Source: an uncultured Thiotrichales bacterium (GTDB taxonomy: Bacteria; Pseudomonadota; Gammaproteobacteria; UBA4575). From it: DNA of 64,000 nt. Below are positions 9,620 to 17,340 of the stretch, one piece after another. The number at the start of each line of letters is the position of its first letter. Position 1 is the first letter of the stretch. The translations under genes were made by a program, and so were the position numbers. The DNA is taken from the NCBI GenBank assembly GCA_964614915.1, contig CAZTNC010000011.1, positions 280,705 through 344,704 of the forward strand, written 5' to 3'. The notes beneath the pieces are model-generated. The model did not search any database, was not told the DNA's origin, and worked only from the letters and a program-made list of their open reading frames with translations.

Positions 9620-10978
9620 TCAGGCTTTTTTGAAGCGCCAGCCGTACATCATGCGGCCGTAAAAGTTGAACCAGTGCCTCGCCTCGGCATCCTGGAACGG
9701 GTAGTCGGCACCGAGTTGCCTTGCCGTGGCCAGACCAGTCACGAAACAGGTCTCCTGGCTGTTGATCAGCGTGTGTGCGCCGCAGTGCCAGGTTCGTCTT
9801 TTCCCCTGGATGAAGCGAAACATCAGGATGAGCAGGGCCACCTGGCGCACATCATGCACGATGTGCTGGAACCACCACCGCTTGATGATCTTGTCCTCAT
9901 CGATACGGCTGATCGGGTTGTAGGTCACCAGGCAGGGCTTGTCCGAGCGTTTTGCCCAGGGCTGTTGGTTGTGCATGATGTAGGTGATCTCGTAATTGTC
10001 CGGGCGCACCCCGTACTGCTCGATGTGGTTACTGCGGGTATCGATCTCCCTGACCTCCGTGTCCGGCAGCACCGAGGCATCCGAATGTACGATCGTATGA
10101 TTATGCAGTTCGCTCTCGTAACGGACCGAGGAGAGTAGCCAGTTCTCCAGAAGGGTCGGTTGGTCCAGCATCATCAGCGTCTGGTTCGCATTGCACGCGA
10201 ACACCACGTCATCGTAGGTCTCTCTTTTCCCATTCTCGTCCTCGACGACAACCTCGTTCTCGCGCCGGTACACCTTACGGACCGGTCGCTCCAGGTAGAT
10301 CTTGTCCCGGAACTCCTTGGACAGGCTTTCGTAGATGCGCCGCGTGCCCTGGTCCCAGGACTTCATCGGCGTGGCGGTTTCGATGTCGAAGAACTCCAGG
10401 TAGCGGGAAAACAGCGCGGCCGGCATGTCGAACACGTTGGTGGCCATCAGGAAGTTGACGAACATAGGCTTGAGGATCTTGTAGCGGAAGTCGCCCGAGA
10501 AGCGCCCGAGGTTGAGCAGTGTGCCCATGCTGACGTAGTTGAACGGGTTGAGCGCATTGAGCAGGGCGGACCTCGAGCGGTTCAGTCGGCCGAACCACTT
10601 CAGGCGCCTCAGCAGTTTCTGGAACTTCTCGATTTCCGGCAGCAGCTGCCGACGGATGTCGGAGTCGAAATCGTGCGCGTAGACCCCGCCTTTGTACTTC
10701 ACGCTGTAGCTGAAGCGGGTGTCGATCAGGTCGATGCCGTATTGCTGCATGACCAGCACGATATGGTGGTAGGCTGAGGGGATACAGGCGGTGACGGAAA
10801 TATCGAACGGGATCGAGCCGCCGTCCTCCTGCGGCATGTCCACCGTGATGGCGTTGCCGCCGATCCGCGACTGGGCCTCGTAAATTCTGAAATCGAACCG
10901 CTCGGGGTGGTGGTGCAGCGCCCAGGCCACACCCAGTCCCGAGACTCCCCCACCGATAATTGCGACTTTCCTTGGCAT
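9620..10978 (-). CDS. FAD/NAD(P)-binding amine-oxidase-like oxidoreductase (COG2907-like)
   Basis: N-terminal Rossmann MPRKVAIIGGGVSGLGVAWAL...EAQSRIGGN. C-terminal RTWHCGAHTLINSQETCFVTGLATARQLG resembles the COG2907 C-terminus (recognised from memory, no search run). Start chosen at MPRKV (452 aa); the tracked ORF extends 59 aa upstream. Confidence 0.6.
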   Translation of the reverse strand: MPRKVAIIGGGVSGLGVAWALHHHPERFDFRIYEAQSRIGGNAITVDMPQEDGGSIPFDISVTACIPSAYHHIVLVMQQYGIDLIDTRFSYSVKYKGGVYAHDFDSDIRRQLLPEIEKFQKLLRRLKWFGRLNRSRSALLNALNPFNYVSMGTLLNLGRFSGDFRYKILKPMFVNFLMATNVFDMPAALFSRYLEFFDIETATPMKSWDQGTRRIYESLSKEFRDKIYLERPVRKVYRRENEVVVEDENGKRETYDDVVFACNANQTLMMLDQPTLLENWLLSSVRYESELHNHTIVHSDASVLPDTEVREIDTRSNHIEQYGVRPDNYEITYIMHNQQPWAKRSDKPCLVTYNPISRIDEDKIIKRWWFQHIVHDVRQVALLILMFRFIQGKRRTWHCGAHTLINSQETCFVTGLATARQLGADYPFQDAEARHWFNFYGRMMYGWRFKKA

Positions 10979-11171
10979 CCTCGCGACCTGCAAATCAAAG
11001 GCTGCTACTCTACTACGCTTGGCGGTTGCCTCCAACGAAATTCCATCACAGTTCGTGATGCCCATACAGCCCGGCCTGCCACGGTTATGAATCAGTGGCT
11101 TACACGGCCACGGTATTGCCAGTGGTGGACCGGTAGCGGTACCATACACGTGCATCTTGGAACGCAGGGCT

Positions 11172-12395
11172 ATGGTTAGGCGCCCGCCTTCACCGGATTG
11201 TGCAAAGCAGGAAAATCAGGACCTTCTAGACTCACATGCAGCACACCCAATGACTTCGGGACTGAGCACTTCCAATGGTTCCTCGTCGCCGCCGGTATTC
11301 GTGACCGGCGCAGCCGGGCATGTTGGCGCCAACCTCGTGCTGCGCCTGCTTGAGGACGGGGTCCGGGTACGTGTATTGCTCCGCCAAGGGGACAACAACG
11401 AGGCCATGGAGGGGCTGGAGGTGGAACGCATCTACGGGGACATCCGTGATCTCGATGACACCCGGCGTGCGCTTGAAGGTTGCCAGGGGGTCTATCATGT
11501 CGCCGCCATGATCTCCACTATCGAGGGTAACCATGCCTACCGCCGTAACATCTACGAATGCAACGTGCTGGGCACTCGCCATGTGCTGCAGGCTGCGCGC
11601 GAAGCCGGGGCCGGACGGGTGGTGGTGACGGGTTCTTTCAGTGCCGTCGGTTACGATCTGGACAACCCGTCTTTGCCCAGCGACGAGACGATGCAGTTCT
11701 ATCCCATGGAACGCACCATGCCCTACGAGCGCAGCAAGGCGCTCGTCGAGCACGAGTGCTGGCGTGCCGCAGCTCAGGGGCAGGATGTCATGGTCGCCAC
11801 CTGCTGTGCGGTGATCGGTGGTGCCGATTATTTCCCGTCGCGCCTTGGCAGAACCCTGTGCGACTATACCAACGGCAAGCTGCGTGCCTACGTGGACGGT
11901 GGATTTGAATTTGTTGCCGCGCGGGACATCGTGGAAGGGCACCTGCTGTGCATGGCGCACGGGCGCGCCGGGGAGAAGTACATTTTCAGCAGCGAGTACA
12001 AGACGATCTCCGAGATTCTTGACCTGTACGAGGAGGTTACCGGCATCTCGCGGCCCGGCCGGCGCATCCCCACGCACATGATGCTTGCCTTCTCGGAAGT
12101 GGCGAGCTTTTATCTCAGCCGCTTTCACCCGAGCTTCCCGCAGCGCTTCACGCCAGGTGCCATCCGCCTGCTGAAAAAGTGTCGCCACGCGGACACCGGC
12201 AAAGCAAAGCGCGAGCTTGGCTATTGCCCCACCAGTATCCTTGATGCGGTACACCAGGCGTACGCGTTTCACTATCACCGCGGTGCGATCCAGAACCCGC
12301 TTGCAAATCCCCCGCGCGAGGAGGCCCTGCGAGCGGTGCAACACCCCGTCTGCGGTGAGGACGTCTCCGTCGCCTCCGAAAGGGGCCCACTGTGA
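11172..12395 (+). CDS. NAD(P)-dependent 3-beta-HSD/extended-SDR family dehydrogenase, SdmB-like (candidate sterol C-4 decarboxylating dehydrogenase)
   Basis: VFVTGAAGHVGANLVLRLL Rossmann motif and a YERSK catalytic dyad. First gene of an overlapping operon with a Rieske oxygenase, a sterol reductase, CYP51 and OSC. Start is uncertain (TTG 11157, ATG 11172 or ATG 11250). Confidence 0.6.
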   Translation: MVRRPPSPDCAKQENQDLLDSHAAHPMTSGLSTSNGSSSPPVFVTGAAGHVGANLVLRLLEDGVRVRVLLRQGDNNEAMEGLEVERIYGDIRDLDDTRRALEGCQGVYHVAAMISTIEGNHAYRRNIYECNVLGTRHVLQAAREAGAGRVVVTGSFSAVGYDLDNPSLPSDETMQFYPMERTMPYERSKALVEHECWRAAAQGQDVMVATCCAVIGGADYFPSRLGRTLCDYTNGKLRAYVDGGFEFVAARDIVEGHLLCMAHGRAGEKYIFSSEYKTISEILDLYEEVTGISRPGRRIPTHMMLAFSEVASFYLSRFHPSFPQRFTPGAIRLLKKCRHADTGKAKRELGYCPTSILDAVHQAYAFHYHRGAIQNPLANPPREEALRAVQHPVCGEDVSVASERGPL

Positions 12396-13489
12396 GCGCG
12401 AGAGTGGATCCGCCTCCGGGCTTTGAGCAGGCCACCAACCTGCGCCAGCAGGTGCGCGCTACCGGGCTCGACCCGGATTACTGGTACGCCGTTGAGGAAG
12501 TGCGAAACATCAAGCCGGGCACCGTGGTCGAGGTCATCTTCTGGAAACGCTCGATTGCCCTGTATCGCTCGAACGACGGTTCGTTTCATGCGCTCGAGAA
12601 CCGCTGTGCGCATCGCCAGATCAAGCTTTCTTTGGGCGATGTGCAGGGCTGCAAGCTGGTATGCGCCTACCATGGCTGGGAGTATGATCAGGAGGGCCGC
12701 CGGGTCGACATCGTTCATGATGCCAGCAAGGGCGGTCTTCCGAAGCCCTCCATCCGGGCTTATCCCGTGAAGGTCCGTTACGGCATGGTGTGGCTGTTTC
12801 CCGGCAATCCCGAGCGTGCCGAGGAGCACCGAATCCCGGACATTCCCGAACTGGAAGGACCGGAACGCTGGGCATGTGTGCCGCTGAGCTTCACTTGGTC
12901 CGCCCACCACTCCATGATTATCGACAACGTCAGCGACTTCACACATGCTCATCTGCACCGCCGTTACCGCCCCTTTGAAGGCGCAACGCTGACCCGTTGC
13001 GAGACCATTGGCGACAACGTGCACCTGGCCTATGACACGAAGGTGGGGCGCGGGCGCATTTCAGGGCGGTTTGTCGATCACCGGCAGCTGGACACCAATC
13101 ACATGGACCTGTGCTTTGAATACCCCTACCAGTGGTCCAACACCGATGATGCGATCAAGCACTGGTTGTTCGTCTTGCCGATCGATGAGCGCACCACTCG
13201 GGTGTTCTTCATGTTCTATTTCAAGTCTCTGAAGATTCCCCTGCTGCCGGTCCATATCCCGCGTTTTGCCATGACCACGGTGTTGAAGCTGTCGAACCGC
13301 ATGCTGATCGCACCCCTGTTGGATCAGGACCGCTATGCGGTCGAAGCCGAGCAGCTGGGCTACGAGAAACACTGGGATGCAGCGCCCATCGAGTTCAATC
13401 CGGTGGTCAAGGCCTTCCAGAACGTGACCGTGCGCAAGTGGCAGGAATACCTGGCGCGCGAGGCGGAAAACGGCCGTGCCGTTGCCTGA
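12392..13489 (+). CDS. Rieske [2Fe-2S] non-heme iron oxygenase, SdmA-like (candidate sterol C-4 methyl oxidase)
   Basis: Rieske motifs CAHRQ and CAYHGW. Mononuclear iron motif D-F-T-H-A-H-L-H. GTG start overlaps the upstream stop (GTGA). It sits in the sterol operon. Confidence 0.65.
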   Translation: MSARVDPPPGFEQATNLRQQVRATGLDPDYWYAVEEVRNIKPGTVVEVIFWKRSIALYRSNDGSFHALENRCAHRQIKLSLGDVQGCKLVCAYHGWEYDQEGRRVDIVHDASKGGLPKPSIRAYPVKVRYGMVWLFPGNPERAEEHRIPDIPELEGPERWACVPLSFTWSAHHSMIIDNVSDFTHAHLHRRYRPFEGATLTRCETIGDNVHLAYDTKVGRGRISGRFVDHRQLDTNHMDLCFEYPYQWSNTDDAIKHWLFVLPIDERTTRVFFMFYFKSLKIPLLPVHIPRFAMTTVLKLSNRMLIAPLLDQDRYAVEAEQLGYEKHWDAAPIEFNPVVKAFQNVTVRKWQEYLAREAENGRAVA

Positions 13490-14576
13490 ACTCGCGGGCG
13501 AACCACTTCTGCTGTCGGGGGCAACCCTGCTTGAGTCCGCGGCCATGCTGGCGGTGTTTATCGGGGCCCTGTTCGCAGGCTCGATCCTGTTGCCCGGACA
13601 TCGCATCACCGGACCGCAGGTGGCAGGTCAGGTACGTACATATAAGCTCAACGGCTTCCTGCTGTTCTTGCTGACTGTGATCGCGGCAGGCACCGCCCAG
13701 CTCCTGGGCTGGTTTTCGCTCGCTGCGCTCTATACTCACTTTGGTGCCCTGTTCGTAGCCGCCAACGTATTCGCATTCGCCCTGTCCGCCTGGTTGTACT
13801 GGCGAGGGGTGAAGGTCCGGGAGGAACGCCCGGGGCTGTGGCGGGGCTTTTTCTTCGGCGTCGAACTCAACCCGAGTTGGCTCGGGGTGGACCTGAAGCT
13901 GTTCAGCTACCGACCCTCCCTGATCGGACTGGCCCTGCTCAACCTGTCCTTTGCCGTCGTGCAGTACGAAACCTATGGCGAACTGACCCTGGCCATGGTG
14001 CTCTACCAGGCCTTCACGTTCCTGTATGTACTCAACTACTTCCAGTTCGAACACGGCATGGTCCACACCTGGGACATCGTCAGTGAGCGTTTCGGCTGGA
14101 TGCTGGTCTGGGGCGACTATGTGCTGGTGCCGTTTTTCTACTGCCTCGCCGGCTGGTGGCTGGTTCATGCCACGGAGACGCTGTCAATGCTGGGTGCCGC
14201 AGCCATCGTCTCGCTGTTCGCGTTCGGCTTCTGGCTGTTTCGCGGCGCCAATGAGCAAAAGCACCGCTTCAAGCGTGACCCGGACGTGAAAATATGGGGG
14301 CGACCCGCCGAGACTTTGGATGGGCGCTTGCTGGTATCCGGCTTCTGGGGGATCGGGCGACATCTTAACTATACAGGCGAGATTTGCATCTACCTCTCGT
14401 TTACCCTGACTACCGGGTTCGCATCCTGGTTGCCGTACCTGCTACCGGCCTGGCTCGCAAGCCTGCTGTGGCACCGCTCCCGACGGGATGAACGCCGCTG
14501 CCGTGCCAAGTACGGAGAACTGTGGGGACGCTACAAGAAGCGGGTGCGCTATTCCATGTTGCCGTTCGTCTATTAG
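13476..14576 (+). CDS. Sterol reductase, ERG4/ERG24 family (likely delta-14 sterol reductase)
   Basis: Polytopic membrane protein. Family signatures GVELNPS (LNPR-like), LLVSGFWGIGRHLNYTGE and C-terminal HRSRRDERRCRAKYGELWGRY. GTG start at 13476; an alternative ATG lies at 13545. Confidence 0.8.
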   Translation: MPLPELAGEPLLLSGATLLESAAMLAVFIGALFAGSILLPGHRITGPQVAGQVRTYKLNGFLLFLLTVIAAGTAQLLGWFSLAALYTHFGALFVAANVFAFALSAWLYWRGVKVREERPGLWRGFFFGVELNPSWLGVDLKLFSYRPSLIGLALLNLSFAVVQYETYGELTLAMVLYQAFTFLYVLNYFQFEHGMVHTWDIVSERFGWMLVWGDYVLVPFFYCLAGWWLVHATETLSMLGAAAIVSLFAFGFWLFRGANEQKHRFKRDPDVKIWGRPAETLDGRLLVSGFWGIGRHLNYTGEICIYLSFTLTTGFASWLPYLLPAWLASLLWHRSRRDERRCRAKYGELWGRYKKRVRYSMLPFVY

Positions 14577-14584
14577 GAGCCGAA

Positions 14585-15991
14585 ATGGTGCAGCGATCAG
14601 ACAGGGTGACTACGGTGGGTTCTGCGAACCCTTCACCGCCAGACAGGGCCGTGCCCGAGATGGCCGGCGGCTGGCCGCTGATCGGCCACCTGCCGGAGTT
14701 TCTCAAGGATCCGGTCTCAATGCTGGCGCGCGGCTGGGAGGAACAGGGTGAGCTTTTCCAGTTTCGCATCGGCCCGCGCAAATTTGTGCTCTTCTCCGGG
14801 CCCGAGGCCCACGATTTCTATTTCAGAACGCCCGAGGAGCAGCTGAATGCCAAGGCCGTCTACCAGTTCACGGTGCCCATCTTCGGGCGTGGCGTGGCGT
14901 ACGACATTTCCCCGGAATTGATGGCCGAGCAGTTGGGGTTTCTGTACCCGGCGCTTCGTGAATCCGCGATGCGCAGATTTGCCCGTATCATGTTTGCGGA
15001 GACCAGCCGCTTTGCCGATGCCCTCGGCGAATCCGGAGAAATCGATCTGCCGCACGCGATGAACGAACTCACCGTCAAGATCGCAAGTCGCTGCCTGATT
15101 GGAGAAGAAGTCAGGGCACAGGTGGACACGGGGTTTGCCGAGGCCTATCACGATCTGCAAAACGGCATCAATACCTTGGGGTTCTTCCTCCCCAGGCTGC
15201 CGACCCCGGCCCATCGCACCCGCGACCGGGCCCGGCAAAAAGTGGCCGAGATCTTCAGCCGGGTCATGACGGAACGCCGGCGCACCGGAGCGCAGCCCGA
15301 CGATTTCATGCAAACGCTCATGCACGCCCGGTACAAGGATGGCCGCGCACTGAGCGACGACGAGATTACCGGCATCCTGCTGACGGTGCTGTTTGCGGGA
15401 CAGCACACGAGTGCCGTGCTCGCGACCTGGACGTTGCTAGAGCTTTTAAGAACGCCCACCTACCTGGAGCGCATCCGGGACGAGATGCAGGAGGTCTACC
15501 GCGAGAGTGCGCAGGTGAGTCTTGCGAGTCTCAAGCAGCAGGTGGCCTTGGAGCACGCCGTGCGTGAAGGGGAGCGACTGCATCCGCCATTGATCATGCT
15601 GATCCGCAAGGTACTCAAGCCCTTGCAATACAAGGGCTACAGCGTGCCGGAAGGCACCCTGGCTGTGGTGTCACCGGCGGTCTCTCATCGCTTGCCGCAC
15701 GTCTTTGCCGACCCGGAACGTTTTGCTCCAGAGCGTTTTGACCCGCCAGCCAGTGAGGACAAGCAGCACCACTTCGCCCTGATCGGTTTTGGCGGCGGCA
15801 AACACCGGTGCATGGGCAAGCATTTTGCGGTCATGCAACTGAAAGCGATCTGGACCGTGCTGCTCGATCGCTTCGACTTTTATCTCGACTCTGAATTTCC
15901 CGCCCCGAATTACGGCAGCTGGGTGACCGGTCCGGTGGAGCCCTGCCGGCTGCGCTACCGGCGACGCCCAAGCACGGGGCTGCTCCAGTGA
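14585..15991 (+). CDS. cyp51: Sterol 14-alpha demethylase cytochrome P450 (CYP51)
   Basis: Heme-thiolate FGGGKHRCMG. CYP51-specific I-helix AGQHTS. B' helix YQFTVPIFGRGVAYD. AGGAG ribosome-binding site 6 nt upstream of ATG 14585. No C-terminal ferredoxin domain. Confidence 0.85.
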   Translation: MVQRSDRVTTVGSANPSPPDRAVPEMAGGWPLIGHLPEFLKDPVSMLARGWEEQGELFQFRIGPRKFVLFSGPEAHDFYFRTPEEQLNAKAVYQFTVPIFGRGVAYDISPELMAEQLGFLYPALRESAMRRFARIMFAETSRFADALGESGEIDLPHAMNELTVKIASRCLIGEEVRAQVDTGFAEAYHDLQNGINTLGFFLPRLPTPAHRTRDRARQKVAEIFSRVMTERRRTGAQPDDFMQTLMHARYKDGRALSDDEITGILLTVLFAGQHTSAVLATWTLLELLRTPTYLERIRDEMQEVYRESAQVSLASLKQQVALEHAVREGERLHPPLIMLIRKVLKPLQYKGYSVPEGTLAVVSPAVSHRLPHVFADPERFAPERFDPPASEDKQHHFALIGFGGGKHRCMGKHFAVMQLKAIWTVLLDRFDFYLDSEFPAPNYGSWVTGPVEPCRLRYRRRPSTGLLQ

Positions 15992-17340
15992 ACGGTGCCT
16001 CGGCCCGGCGTTACGATGTAGCCATCGTCGGTGCGGGTCCGGTCGGCAGCCTGTGCGCACTGGCCCATGCACGAAAGGGCGCTCGGGTGATCCTGCTCGA
16101 AGCCAATCCCAAGGCTTCCCTGCGTCTAGCCGGCGAATGGCTGCATCCTCCCGCCGTGCGCATCTTGCGCGATCTTGAGGTTGATCTGGGCTTGCCGCTC
16201 AGCGATCCCAGGGGCAAGGGTTTTGCCGTGTTCCCGGAAGACGGTACGGAGCCGATCGTCTTTCCCTATCCGCAAGGCGCCCGGGGGCTGACCTGCGAGC
16301 ATGCCTCACTGGTCTCGAACCTGCGCGAAGCGGTCGGCTGTCACCCCGAGATCGAGTTCCTTGTTCATGCCCGCGTGCGCGAGGTCGAGGACGGCCGCCT
16401 CACGTTCAGCTACAACGGCACGGACGAAACGGTGATGGCGCCGCGCATCGTCGGTGCTGACGGCCAGGCATCGATCGTGCGTCAATCGCTGGGACTGTCG
16501 AAAAACCCGGTGATCTGCTCCCAGACGGTGGGTGTGGTTCTGAGCGGGGTGACGTTGCCGCTGGAAGGTTACGGGCATGTGTTGCTCGGTGGTCCGGGCC
16601 CCGTACTCATCTACCGTCTCGACGAGCAGCATGTGCGGTTGATCGTCGATGTCCCGCTGGAGCGCACCACGCCCCGGGACCGCATCGGGTTCCTGCTGGA
16701 TTCGTATACCGACCTGCTGCCGGGACCCTTTCGCACGGCATTTGTCGATGCATTGCGTGCCGGCCAATTCCATGTTGCCGCCAACAAGCTGAGACCACGG
16801 CTCACCTACGGGAATGCACAGCGTGTTCTGATCGGCGATGCGGCAGGACACTACCACCCAATGACGGCTATGGGAATGACTTTTGGTTTCGGTGATGCGG
16901 TGGCGCTCGCCGAGAGCGATGACTTTCGCGACTTTACCCACCAGCGCATCCGCGCTACCCGGGGTCCGGCGTTTCTCGCCATGGGACTCTATGAGGTGTT
17001 TGCCGATCACCGTGCAGAGGCAGTCGCCTTCCGACACACGATTTACCGAAGTGCCCGCACCAATACGGCGTTCAGGGACCAGACCGTGCGATTACTCGCT
17101 TGTGAAGACACTTCATCAATCCGCATGGGGATTGCCTTTGTCACGACCGTGGCGCGTGCCATCGTCGAGCAAATCCCGCGATCCTTCAACCACCTCGCAT
17201 GGCGACGAGCACGCGATGTGCTTCGAGCGATTACGATCCGGATCAGCTGGTTTTTGCGAAGCATACTGCAACTCTCCAGGGCGAGAAGCGGCAAAGGGGA
17301 ACTGGACTCCGAATCGTGGAACACGCTGGCTGGCGTGCTT
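15988..17340 (+). other. Squalene epoxidase domain of the fusion protein (approx. aa 1-450)
   Basis: Rossmann FAD motif at aa 10-25. GD-AAGHYHPMT motif at aa 283-300. Confidence 0.7.
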
